A stretch of DNA of 59,221 nt from positions 1 to 59,221 of the forward strand of contig CAZHPN010000009.1 in assembly GCA_964534375.1 (NCBI GenBank), read 5' to 3'. This document shows positions 45,578 through 54,963 of the stretch, in pieces. The stretch is from an uncultured bacterium. GTDB lineage: Bacteria > Lernaellota > Lernaellaia > Lernaellales > Lernaellaceae. The position numbers and the translations under genes are program-made. Within the stretch, counting starts at the first letter, position 1. Every line of letters starts with the position of its first letter. Under the pieces are notes generated by a model. That model ran no database searches and was not told where the DNA came from. It saw only the letters and a program-made list of their open reading frames with translations.

Positions 45578-47736
45578 CTTTGAACGAGCAAATTGTTCTG
45601 GCGATGCACGACCGCGAGTTGGCGAACCAGTTCGCCGTCCTGCTGGAAAAAGCGAAGTTCGACGTGGTGAAGCGCCACACCGCTCGCGAACTGCTGGAGA
45701 CGATCGACGCCAAGACGCCGGCGGCGATCGTGCTCGGCGTCTTGCTGCCGGACGCGAACGGCCTGGAGGTCTGCAAACGCATCAAGACCGACCCCGGCAC
45801 GCGCGAGGTGAAAATCGTCCTCGTGTCCGCGTTCAAACGCTCGGCCCGGTTCGCCCTCGACGCGAAAACCAAATACCTGGCCGACGAGTTCCTCGAGATG
45901 CCGGTCGCCCCGAAGGATTTCGTCAAGGCGCTGGAAACGCTGCTCGGCGGCGCGCCGGCGCCCGCAGCGGCCGCGGAACCGCCGCCGGCCAGGGAAACGC
46001 GCGACCGCGCGCCGGCGAAGCCGGCCGGCCGTCCCGCCCCGCGGAGCGAGCCGCCGCGGCCCGCGCCGCCGGCGAACGGCCGCGTGGAAAAACCGTTCGA
46101 GAAAAATCCGCCGCGGGCCGCCGCGGCGCCGGCGGAGCGCGCGGCGGAGAAGCCGGCGGGGTCCGGCGACGAAGCCGGCGGTTCCGTCGCGGTCGGCGAG
46201 ATCCCGCTGACGGGACGGCTCGGGCCGGTGCTGTTGCCGGAGTTGCTGCTGGTGCTTTATCAACGCCACGCCGTCGGCATCCTCGAGGTGCGGGCGCTCG
46301 ACGAACAGCGCGAGATTCTCGTGCGCAACGGCGTGCCGGTGGCGATCCGCTCCAATTTCATTCCGGATGAAGCGCTCGGCCAATTGTTGATCGGCCAGGG
46401 GTTGCTCGACGCGATCACGCTCGAGCGCCTGTTGCGCCAGGCGCGGGAAGAAAGCCGCAAGATCGGCGAATTGCTGGTCGAGAACAACGTGCTTTCGGCG
46501 GCCGATCTGGCGGCGCTGCTCCGGCTGCAGGCCAAGCGCAAAATGAATTCCGCCTTTCGCTGGAAAGACGGCTCGTACGCCTTCAAGGCCGGCCCGCGCG
46601 ACATGCCCGACGGCGTGGATATCGCCCAAGACATGCTGTCGATCCTGCTGAGCGGCATCGTCCGGCATTTCAACATGGCGAAGCTGGAAGAGCGGCTGTA
46701 CCTGAACAAGAATTCGATCGTCGTGCGCACGCCCAAGCCCGAGCTTTCGCCGCAGGACTTGCAAATCAGCGAACGCGAACGCGAAGTGCTCGACTTGGTG
46801 GACGGCTCGCGCACGCTGGGCGACATCATCGCCGACGCCGATTTGAACTTCGTCCGCACCTTCCAGGTGCTGTACCTGTTTCTGTTGTTCGGCATCGTGC
46901 GCTTCAAGAGCGGCGACCGGTTTTTCCGGGTCGACGAGGCCGTCGCCCACCGGGCGCGCGCCGAAAAGAGCGCCATGCTCGGCAGCCTCGGCGGCGGCCC
47001 GGACGCGCTCGAACCGGAGCCCGAGGCCGAGTCCGGCCGGAACGAAACGCCCGCCTTCCCGGCGTTTTTGTACGGACTGTTCCACGCCAAGGCGAACGGC
47101 CGGATCGTCGTCCGCCGCGGCGAAGAGGAAGAAATCGTCCACCTGGTCGACGGCATGCCCGTGCAGGTGTCCTCGCGCCAGCCCGGTTTGCTGGCGCTGG
47201 GCAACCTGCTGGTGGCGCGCGGCAAAATCGGCCCCGAACAGCGCGACGCGTTGGTCGCGCGGGCGCGCGCCGCGGGCCGGCCCGTCGGCGAAATCGCGCT
47301 GGCCGACGGCCTGGTCACGCCGCACGAGTTGTTCGAGATCCTTCTGGCGCAGTTGGAGAACAAACTGATTGCGCTGTTCGGCTGGCAGAACGCCGAATTC
47401 CACTTCGAAAAAGGCCCGAGCGAGTCGGCCGACATCGCGCCGGTGAAAGTGGACGTCAATCGCCTCGTGTCGCAGGGCGTGAAGCGGACCATCCCGCCGG
47501 AAGAGGCGGTCCACGAGATACGCGGCCGGAGCGAAGATCGGCCGACGTGGGTGGGCTCGCTCCAGGATGCGGCCAAGGTGTTCGGCGAACCGCGCGACGG
47601 CCGCGTGCTGCACCTGATCGATGGGCGGCGCACGGTGCGGCAGATTGTCGAGGAAAGCCGGTCGGACGAAGGCCGCGCCGCGCAGATTCTGGTCGCGTTG
47701 TGGCGGCTGGGGTTGGTGAACTTTTCCGGTTCGTAA
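45574..47736 (+). CDS. Atypical response regulator: REC(D>G) with two DUF4388-like domains
   Basis: ATGA overlap. IVLGVLLPDANG; AFRWKDGSYAF and LFGWQNAEFHF domain ends. Confidence 0.85.
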   Translation: MTLNEQIVLAMHDRELANQFAVLLEKAKFDVVKRHTARELLETIDAKTPAAIVLGVLLPDANGLEVCKRIKTDPGTREVKIVLVSAFKRSARFALDAKTKYLADEFLEMPVAPKDFVKALETLLGGAPAPAAAAEPPPARETRDRAPAKPAGRPAPRSEPPRPAPPANGRVEKPFEKNPPRAAAAPAERAAEKPAGSGDEAGGSVAVGEIPLTGRLGPVLLPELLLVLYQRHAVGILEVRALDEQREILVRNGVPVAIRSNFIPDEALGQLLIGQGLLDAITLERLLRQAREESRKIGELLVENNVLSAADLAALLRLQAKRKMNSAFRWKDGSYAFKAGPRDMPDGVDIAQDMLSILLSGIVRHFNMAKLEERLYLNKNSIVVRTPKPELSPQDLQISEREREVLDLVDGSRTLGDIIADADLNFVRTFQVLYLFLLFGIVRFKSGDRFFRVDEAVAHRARAEKSAMLGSLGGGPDALEPEPEAESGRNETPAFPAFLYGLFHAKANGRIVVRRGEEEEIVHLVDGMPVQVSSRQPGLLALGNLLVARGKIGPEQRDALVARARAAGRPVGEIALADGLVTPHELFEILLAQLENKLIALFGWQNAEFHFEKGPSESADIAPVKVDVNRLVSQGVKRTIPPEEAVHEIRGRSEDRPTWVGSLQDAAKVFGEPRDGRVLHLIDGRRTVRQIVEESRSDEGRAAQILVALWRLGLVNFSGS

Positions 47737-47751
47737 GAGGCCGCCGACCGA

Positions 47752-47822
47752 GGCGAGTTACGAGTTACAAATGACGAATTACGAGTGCTGGGTAATTCGT
47801 AATTCGAAATTCGAAACTCGCC
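47752..47822. repeat. Two inverted heptamer arrays (CGAGTTA / TAATTCG) forming a long hairpin
   Basis: GG CGAGTTA CGAGTTA CAAATGA CGAATTA CGAGTGC tggg TAATTCG TAATTCG AAATTCG AAACTCG CC. Confidence 0.85.
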
Positions 47823-47874
47823 GGTCGCCGACCTGGATCGTTAACCGCAAATAACTCGGCGACGCCGGTTCGTT

Positions 47875-47903
47875 TGGACAACCGGCGGTCCGAGTGATAT
47901 ATT
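47875..47903 (+). promoter_or_regulatory. Sigma70-type promoter with extended -10 for the UDG-nfeD operon
   Basis: TGGACA, 17 nt, TATATT preceded by TGA. Confidence 0.6.
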
Positions 47904-47948
47904 TCGGTTTCGACGGGGCGGCAGACAACACGGTCTCCGAGAAAGCGC

Positions 47949-48812
47949 ATGAAAAAAGCGAGCAAGGTTGACGACCTCATCGCGGAGAAATTGGGCGAAC
48001 TGATCGAGTCGCTCCGCGCCTTGCGCGATCTCGGACGGCGCTGGACCGTCGCGGAAGAGCGCCTCGCCGCGTTGGCGCGCTCGCAGCCGAAGCTGACCGC
48101 GGAATTGGCCGCCCGCCGCGCCAAACCCAGCCCCCCGCGCCCGGCGACGCCGGCCGCGGCGGCGGCATCGCCGGCGGCTCGCGCGGCGGCGCCCGCGGCG
48201 TCGACGGCGCCGCGTCCGCGGGGCAATCCGTTGGTTCCGCAGGCGCCGAATCTCGAAGCCATCCGCGAAGAAATGGGCGACTGCCGGCGCTGCAAATTGT
48301 GGAAGACCCGGAAGAATCTGGTGTTCGGCGACGGCTCGCCGACGGCCGAGTTGATGTTCGTCGGCGAAGGGCCGGGCGCCGACGAAGACGAGCAGGGTCT
48401 GCCGTTCGTCGGCCGGGCCGGCAAATTGCTCAACGATATGATCGCCGCCATGGGCCGCCAACGCGGCGAGGTCTACATCGCCAATATCGTCAAAAGCCGG
48501 CCGCCGGAAAACCGCGAGCCGGAACCCGACGAGGCGGCTGCCTGCCTGCCGTTCTTGCTGATGCAGATTCAGGTCGTGCGGCCGCGCGTGATTGTCTGCC
48601 TCGGCCGCGTCGCCGTGCAGCGCCTGTTGGAAACGACCGCGCCGATCAGCCGACTGCGCGGCCAATGGCAGCTTTACCACGACATCCGCGTGATGCCGAC
48701 GTATCACCCGGCGTATCTGCTGCGCAGTCCCGAAGCGAAGAAGCCGGCGTGGCAGGATCTCCAACTCGTCATGGCCGAACTCGGCTGGCCGTTGCCGAAA
48801 AGGAAGGGGTGA
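47949..48812 (+). CDS. Uracil-DNA glycosylase, family 4 (Fe-S type)
   Basis: [39 protein letters not shown]. Confidence 0.93.
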   Translation: MKKASKVDDLIAEKLGELIESLRALRDLGRRWTVAEERLAALARSQPKLTAELAARRAKPSPPRPATPAAAAASPAARAAAPAASTAPRPRGNPLVPQAPNLEAIREEMGDCRRCKLWKTRKNLVFGDGSPTAELMFVGEGPGADEDEQGLPFVGRAGKLLNDMIAAMGRQRGEVYIANIVKSRPPENREPEPDEAAACLPFLLMQIQVVRPRVIVCLGRVAVQRLLETTAPISRLRGQWQLYHDIRVMPTYHPAYLLRSPEAKKPAWQDLQLVMAELGWPLPKRKG

Positions 48813-48816
48813 GCAC

Positions 48817-50139
48817 GTGCGTCGCGCTCGACTGATGCTTTGCCTGATCGGTTTGTTGGCGGGGCTGGCGTTGCTCGCTTTCGCCCAACAGCCGGCCGCC
48901 GGCGCCGCGGTCGTCCGCGTCATTACCGTCAACGGCGCGATCAATCCGGGCAGCGCTGACTATATCCTGGCCGCGTTGCATCAGGCGGAGGCGGCCGGCG
49001 ACGCCGCGCTGCTGGTCGAACTCGATACGCCCGGCGGCCTCGTCGACTCGACGCAGGACATCGTCAAGGCGATGCTCGACAGTTCCGTGCCGGTCGTCGT
49101 TTATGTGACGCCGTCCGGCGCGCACGCCGGCAGCGCGGGCGTGATGATCACGCTGGCGGGCCACATTGCGGTCATGGCGCCCTCGACGCGCATCGGCGCC
49201 GCGAGCCCCGTGTCGATGAGCGGCCAGATGGACGAAACGATGAAGGCCAAGGTGACCAACGACATCACCGGCTTTGTCGAGTCGATCGCCAAGAAGCGCG
49301 GCCGCAACGTCGAATGGGCGAAGAAGGCCGTGACGCAGGCGGCGGTCGTCACCGACGACGTCGCGGTGAAAGACGGCATCGTCGATTTCGTCGCCCGGGA
49401 CGTGCCCGACATCCTGCAAAAAGCCGACGGCATGACCGTGACGCTCCGCGGCGACGTCAAGCGGACGCTGGCCTTGCGCGACGCTCGCGTTGTCCGCCAG
49501 GAGATGACCGTCCGGCAAAAAATCGTTTTCCATTTGGCCGATCCGAACCTGGTGTATTTGTTCATGATGATCGGCATGCTGGGGCTGTACGCCGAGTTTT
49601 CCAATCCGGGCATGGTGCTGCCCGGGGTCATCGGCGGCGTGGCGCTGCTGCTGTTCGCGGTGAGCACGCAGATTCTGCCGGTCAACGCGATCGGCCTGCT
49701 GTTGATCGCGGGCGGCATCGCGCTGTTTCTCCTCGAATTTAAATTTACGAGCTACGGGGCTCTTACGGCAGGAGGGGTCGCCTTGCTGATCTTGGGTTCG
49801 TTGTTCATGTTCGACAATACGCCGGCCAAGGTTTTTCCGTCTGCCGATTTTCAATTGCGGGCGTCCTGGACGGTGATCGTGCCCAGCGTGCTGGCGATGG
49901 GCGCGTTCACGCTCTTCGTCGCGTACAAGGTGCTGCGCGCCCAGGTGAGCAAAGGGCGGACGGGCGCCGAGGGCATCGTCGGCGAAATCGGCGTCGCGGC
50001 CACGTTAATCGACAAGGAAGGCAAGGTGCAGGTCCAGGGCTCGTACTGGGACGCCGTATCCGACGAGAGCATCGAAAAAGGCGCGAAAATCAGGGTCGTC
50101 GCCGCCGATGGCCTGTCGTTGACGGTGAAAAAACTCTAA
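48817..50139 (+). CDS. nfeD: NfeD-family membrane serine protease
   Basis: LDTPGGL, AHAGSAG, IGAASPV, KVTND, TM domain, C-terminal OB fold ([12 protein letters not shown]). Confidence 0.92.
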   Translation: MRRARLMLCLIGLLAGLALLAFAQQPAAGAAVVRVITVNGAINPGSADYILAALHQAEAAGDAALLVELDTPGGLVDSTQDIVKAMLDSSVPVVVYVTPSGAHAGSAGVMITLAGHIAVMAPSTRIGAASPVSMSGQMDETMKAKVTNDITGFVESIAKKRGRNVEWAKKAVTQAAVVTDDVAVKDGIVDFVARDVPDILQKADGMTVTLRGDVKRTLALRDARVVRQEMTVRQKIVFHLADPNLVYLFMMIGMLGLYAEFSNPGMVLPGVIGGVALLLFAVSTQILPVNAIGLLLIAGGIALFLLEFKFTSYGALTAGGVALLILGSLFMFDNTPAKVFPSADFQLRASWTVIVPSVLAMGAFTLFVAYKVLRAQVSKGRTGAEGIVGEIGVAATLIDKEGKVQVQGSYWDAVSDESIEKGAKIRVVAADGLSLTVKKL

Positions 50140-50155
50140 TCAAGGAGGCTGCCGC

Positions 50156-50929
50156 ATGTCATCGCCCGCCGCTATGGGACTCTTGGTTCTTTTCGGCATC
50201 GCGTTTTTGATCGTGCTCTCCGGTCTGCGCGTGCTCAACGAATACGAGCGCGGGGTGATTTTCCGGTTCGGCCGCATCTCGGAAACGAAGCTGCCCGGCA
50301 TCCGCTGGATCATTCCCTTCGTCGATCGGATGCTGAAGATCAGCACCCGCGTGCTCGCCACCGACGTGCCGGCGCAGGATGTCATCACCCGCGACAACGT
50401 GTCGGTGAAGGTGAGCGCCGTCATCTACTTCAAGGTGATGGACCCGATCAAGGCCGTCATCGAGGTCGAGAATTATCTCTACGCCACCAGCCAGATGAGC
50501 CAGACGACGCTGCGTTCCGTCCTCGGCCAGAGCGAATTGGACGAGTTGCTGTCGCAGCGCGAAAAGATCAACCTCGAGCTGCAGACGATCATCGACAAAC
50601 ACACCGATCCGTGGGGCGTCAAGGTGACGGCGGTCGAGGTCAAGAACGTCGACCTGCCGCAGGAAATGCAGCGCGCCATTGCCCGCCAGGCCGAGGCCGA
50701 GCGCGAACGCCGCGCCAAGGTCATCGCCGCCGAAGGCGAATTGCAGGCGTCGGCCAAATTGAACGAGGCGGCGATGGTGTTGTCGCAGAACCCGATGTCG
50801 CTGCAGTTGCGCTATTTGCAGACGCTGGCCGAGATCAGCACCGAGAACAATTCGACGATGATCTTCCCGTTGCCGCTCGATCTGATTCGGCCGTTTCTCC
50901 GGGATCCGTTCCCGAGCAAGCAAGGCTGA
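50156..50929 (+). CDS. Stomatin-like SPFH protein (slipin)
   Basis: [52 protein letters not shown]. Confidence 0.95.
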   Translation: MSSPAAMGLLVLFGIAFLIVLSGLRVLNEYERGVIFRFGRISETKLPGIRWIIPFVDRMLKISTRVLATDVPAQDVITRDNVSVKVSAVIYFKVMDPIKAVIEVENYLYATSQMSQTTLRSVLGQSELDELLSQREKINLELQTIIDKHTDPWGVKVTAVEVKNVDLPQEMQRAIARQAEAERERRAKVIAAEGELQASAKLNEAAMVLSQNPMSLQLRYLQTLAEISTENNSTMIFPLPLDLIRPFLRDPFPSKQG

Positions 50930-50944
50930 GGCCGACCGTCGCGC

Positions 50945-52144
50945 ATGAACGACGACGCGCAGAAAGAACTCGCGCGGCTGCGCGAGGGCGCCGCGGCGTT
51001 GCAGCAGGAAGTCGACCGGCTGCGGCGGGTCAACGATGAACTGACCGAACGCGCGCTCCAACTCTACAGCCTGTTCGAATTGAGCTATTCGCTCGGCGCC
51101 GGCGTGCGCTACGAACGCATGTCGGCCGATTCGATGGATTTCCTCGGCGACCTGCTGGGCATCGAGCAGTTCAGCCTGCTGCTCTACGATCCCGAGAACG
51201 ATGCGCTGACCATCAAAGCGGCGCTGGGCATTCCGCAAGAGGCGCGGCAAAAGTGCGTCATCCGACCGGGCGAGGGCGTCGCCGGCGCCGTGTTCGCGAC
51301 CGGCGAGGCGATCTACGCGCCCGACGTGACGCAGGATGCGCGCTATCTCTATTACCAGGGCCTCAATTTTCAGGGCGGCAGCCTGCTGGCGCTGCCGCTG
51401 GTCGACGAGGACAACAAGCCGTTTGGCGTGCTGAACATTTCGAATCCGCAGGTGGACGCCTTTTCGGAAAACGACCGCGCCCGGTTCGGCACGCTCGCGC
51501 TGCAAATCGCCGTCATTATCCAGAATTACACCTATTACCGGCGGCTGCAGCACTTGTCGCTGACGGACGAGCTGACCGGCGTGGGCAACCGTCGCGCCTT
51601 CTTCGAAGGCCTGGAAGAAGAGCACGGCCGCCATCGCCGCTCGCAGAAGAGCTATTCGCTGCTGCTGATCGACGTCGATTTCTTCAAACGCTACAACGAC
51701 GCGCACGGCCACCTCGAAGGCGACCGGGCGTTGCAGGAACTGGCCGTCACGCTGCGCTCCCGCTGCCGGAATTCCGATATTCTCGCCCGCTACGGCGGCG
51801 AGGAATTCGTCGTCTGCGCCATCCGCACCGCCAAAGACGAAGGGGTCATGCTCGCCGAGGCGCTGCGCCAGGCGGTCGACCAGCGCGAGTTCCGGCTCGA
51901 CGACGGCGCGCCCGCATCGAAGCTGTCGATCACCATCGGCGTCGCCAACTTCCCCGAAGACGGCGAAAACCATCGCGAGGTGTTGTGCAACGCGGACCGC
52001 GCGCTCTATTTCGGCAAAATGCACGGCCGCAACACCGTCGTCGTCTATCCCATTCCGGAACCCGTGCCCCCCGGCGGCGTCGGCGCCACGGGCATCGTGG
52101 GCGCCGGCCGGCGGAGCAAAGGCGCGGCCGACGACGGGGGGTAG
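50945..52144 (+). CDS. GAF-GGDEF diguanylate cyclase
   Basis: DELTGVGNRR, DVDFFKRYND, RNSD (RxxD I-site) then RYGGEEF. Confidence 0.93.
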   Translation: MNDDAQKELARLREGAAALQQEVDRLRRVNDELTERALQLYSLFELSYSLGAGVRYERMSADSMDFLGDLLGIEQFSLLLYDPENDALTIKAALGIPQEARQKCVIRPGEGVAGAVFATGEAIYAPDVTQDARYLYYQGLNFQGGSLLALPLVDEDNKPFGVLNISNPQVDAFSENDRARFGTLALQIAVIIQNYTYYRRLQHLSLTDELTGVGNRRAFFEGLEEEHGRHRRSQKSYSLLLIDVDFFKRYNDAHGHLEGDRALQELAVTLRSRCRNSDILARYGGEEFVVCAIRTAKDEGVMLAEALRQAVDQREFRLDDGAPASKLSITIGVANFPEDGENHREVLCNADRALYFGKMHGRNTVVVYPIPEPVPPGGVGATGIVGAGRRSKGAADDGG

Positions 52145-52146
52145 CC

Positions 52147-52200
52147 CGGGACGCGGGATGCGGGACGCGGGACTCGGGACTCGAGATGCGGGATTCGGAA
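52147..52200. repeat. Heptamer tandem repeat CGGGA(C/T)(G/T), 7 units plus a partial unit
   Basis: CGGGACG CGGGATG CGGGACG CGGGACT CGGGACT CGAGATG CGGGATT CGGAA; reverse complement of the family at 25183. Confidence 0.88.
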
Positions 52201-52399
52201 CACCTTTCCCTGCGGGAGAGGTCGGGCAGCCGGCCCACAATATGACAATTCGATTCCACGTTGCCGATCCGCGGTTCCGGTCCGTCGCCCGGCTGAACGA
52301 TCACCGGACATTCCAGTCGATCTGCCGCCACTCAGTGCGCTTGTTTCCCACCGCAGCCCGCCTTGTCTTCCGGACGCGATTGTTCTATACGTGTGAGAC

Positions 52400-53527
52400 G
52401 TGAATACGGCGGCCAGAAATCACGTGTCGAGCACGAGCATCAGGAAGACGATTGACGACATACGGCTGGGAAAGCACATCCGGCAACTGTTTTCCGGTCA
52501 TCTGCGGCACTTGCTTCGAAATCGACAGGTTCTTTGGAAGCTGACGCGAAATTACTACCGCCTTGTTGTCCTCCGACAACCCACTCTCCGCAAGGTGGAA
52601 TTCGCCCTGACCTATGCATGCACCGCGAACTGCGTCCACTGTTCCGCCGAGCATCTGCGAAAGTCGGGAAGAAACGAACTGGATCGGACGGCCATTCAGG
52701 ATACGGTGGCGCAGGCGGTGAAGCTCGGCGCCATCGACATTCACTTCACAGGGGGAGAGGCGCTGCTGCATTCGGAAATCGAACCGATCCTGCGCTCTAC
52801 CAGTGACCAGGGTGTGATCACATCAATCGCCACCAATGGAATTCTGCTTTCGCGCGAAAACGTGAACATGCTGGCGAGGTCGGGCGTATCTTTCATTTCC
52901 ATCAGCATCGACAGCCCAAAACGCGCCGAGCACGATCAGTTTCGGCGACATCCCGGGTGCTTCGACGCGGTAATCTCTGGGACCCAGCGCTGTCGCGACG
53001 CGGGTCTGGATGTGTTCTTGTGCACGGTCGTCACCGGCGCGAACCTGGCGTCGGGGGAATTGGCCGGCATTTTGGAAATCGCCGAGAAACTCGGCGCGCG
53101 ACTGACCCTCGTTCTTCCCTGCACCGTCGGCAGGTGGCGGGGGCAGGATGCCGTGTTGCTGAATGATCGGGAACTTGCGGAGTATCGCCGGATTCTCGCC
53201 CATCCCGCGGCGCGGTGGGAAGGCGAGTCCAACTATCTCGCGCCCGGATGTCCCGCCGGCAGCGAGAAAATCTACATCACGCCGTATGGCGACATCCTGC
53301 CGTGCAACTTCCACCACGTGTCCTTCGGCAACGTATCGAGTTGCTCGTTGGAGGTCGCGTGGAAACGGATGGGAGCCGTCGAACATCTCAAGCGGCATTT
53401 CGGAGCTTGCAAAGCCGGTGCGGATCGGGAATTCATTCGGGAGTTCATGGGGCCGGCAAACGAAAGCGCCGAGAGCCCGATGTCCTGGGAAAATCATCCC
53501 CTTGCCAACGCGGACGACGCGGAATGA
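52400..53527 (+). CDS. Radical SAM protein with Twitch/SPASM-like domain
   Basis: CTANCVHC, FTGGEALL, IATNG; GCPAG...ITPYGDILPC...GAC. Confidence 0.9.
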   Translation: MNTAARNHVSSTSIRKTIDDIRLGKHIRQLFSGHLRHLLRNRQVLWKLTRNYYRLVVLRQPTLRKVEFALTYACTANCVHCSAEHLRKSGRNELDRTAIQDTVAQAVKLGAIDIHFTGGEALLHSEIEPILRSTSDQGVITSIATNGILLSRENVNMLARSGVSFISISIDSPKRAEHDQFRRHPGCFDAVISGTQRCRDAGLDVFLCTVVTGANLASGELAGILEIAEKLGARLTLVLPCTVGRWRGQDAVLLNDRELAEYRRILAHPAARWEGESNYLAPGCPAGSEKIYITPYGDILPCNFHHVSFGNVSSCSLEVAWKRMGAVEHLKRHFGACKAGADREFIREFMGPANESAESPMSWENHPLANADDAE

Positions 53528-54831
53528 TTTCGGCGGCGCCGACCGGGCGTAGCGGCGTTCGCCGGTCCGAACCGTGGGACGCCGCAATTTGCACGACCAG
53601 CTTCTGCCAAAAGTGCCGCGCGCCGATCGACGCCGTTCTGTTCGAAGAAGCGGGCGATGTCCGGATGCGCAAGACCTGTCCACGGTGCGGCGAATCCGAA
53701 ACGTTGTTTTTCAAAGACGCCGGATTGTTCCGAAAACTCGACGCATTCCACCCGACGCGGAATTTGGCTCCCGCCGCGAACTACGCGTTCGATTGGACGC
53801 CGTATCGTCCGCTATGCACCACCCTGGCCGTCGACGTGACGTCACGCTGCAATTTCCGTTGCCCGGACTGTTTTTCGGCGGCCGGTTCCGGCGGGGACGA
53901 CCCACGCGTCGAGGAGATTTTGTCTTGGTTGCCGCGCTTGTCCGCGCAGGATCGCCGTCCGAACATCTCGTTGGTCGGCGGCGAATCGGCGACGCGCGGC
54001 GATCTGCCCGAAATCATTCGCGGGATCGTGGCCGCCGGGATCACTCCCCGCCTCAATTCCAACGGGCTCCTGCTGGATGATGAATCGCTCTTGCGGCGGT
54101 TCCGCGCGGCTGGGCTGCGCTGGGTAATTCTCCAATTCGACGGGTTCTCCCGCGCCGTTTCCCGTCGGTTTCGCGGCGAGGATCACGTCGACCTCAAGCA
54201 GCGAGTCATCGACAAACTGGGACGTCAAGGTTTCCTGATTCATCTGGCGGTGATGGTCGAGAGCAGACAAAACGACGCGGAAATGGCGGAGATTCTTCGT
54301 TTTTCCTTGGGAACGCCGGCCGTCCGCCGCGTGTCTTTTTTTCCTCGGGCGCAGGTCGGGCGAGGTCGAAGCGAAGGGCGGACGCACCTCGCCGATTTGT
54401 TGGCGGCGTTGGGCGCGGGCTCGGATGGCCAGGTCACCGCCGATGACCTGTTGGCGTTCAAGCGAGTCTTCCAGATCCTGCACCAACTAACGGGCCACCC
54501 GCAGTTCTTGAACCGCCGGTGCCAAACCCCGTTTCTTGTCACGGCGCAAAAGAACACGTTGATCCCGATCAATCGATTGCCAAGCCGTCCCGACCAGTGG
54601 GTTAGGTTCGCGCGTTCCTGGCGAGATCTCTACCGTGTCGATCGCGGTCGCGGACCGGGAAACGTGATGCCGGTCAACATCGAGGCGCTCTACGACACGG
54701 AATCGTTTGACCTGACCGCGGCCCGGAATTGCCACCATGTGTATATGACTCCCCGTGGCTACGTGCCGTTTTGCATTTACAACTCGTTGGTGCGTGAAAC
54801 CGGCGTGTCTGCGGAGGCGCACGCGAAATGA
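53524..54831 (+). CDS. Radical SAM protein of the MJ0619/Tes (GDGT-MAS)/Mss family, divergent
   Basis: ATGA overlap. N-terminal TSFCQKC...IDA...EEAGDVRMRKTCPRCGE; CNFRCPDC; LVGGESA; LQFDG; C-terminal NCHHVYMTPRGYVPFCIYN. Confidence 0.8.
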   Translation: MISAAPTGRSGVRRSEPWDAAICTTSFCQKCRAPIDAVLFEEAGDVRMRKTCPRCGESETLFFKDAGLFRKLDAFHPTRNLAPAANYAFDWTPYRPLCTTLAVDVTSRCNFRCPDCFSAAGSGGDDPRVEEILSWLPRLSAQDRRPNISLVGGESATRGDLPEIIRGIVAAGITPRLNSNGLLLDDESLLRRFRAAGLRWVILQFDGFSRAVSRRFRGEDHVDLKQRVIDKLGRQGFLIHLAVMVESRQNDAEMAEILRFSLGTPAVRRVSFFPRAQVGRGRSEGRTHLADLLAALGAGSDGQVTADDLLAFKRVFQILHQLTGHPQFLNRRCQTPFLVTAQKNTLIPINRLPSRPDQWVRFARSWRDLYRVDRGRGPGNVMPVNIEALYDTESFDLTAARNCHHVYMTPRGYVPFCIYNSLVRETGVSAEAHAK

Positions 54832-54963
54832 CGATATTGCAATAACGTACGCCGCTGGGTCACGCCAGTTTCACCTGCCGCGCGGCGTAACGTTGCTTGA
54901 TCATCGACCCTTTGAGGCGACTCCGGCGACGAATGCCGGCGGCGCCGGGAAGGAAACACCTGC

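Noticed and set aside
40802..47613. 1491-aa and 712-aa minus-strand ORFs
   Set aside because: Antisense shadows of the REC-DUF4388 genes, which carry the real domains.
25183..52200. Repeat arrays as CRISPR
   Set aside because: Units are 7-9 bp and contiguous, with no unique spacers and no cas genes.
50159..52240. 693-aa minus-strand ORF
   Set aside because: Antisense to the slipin and diguanylate cyclase genes.
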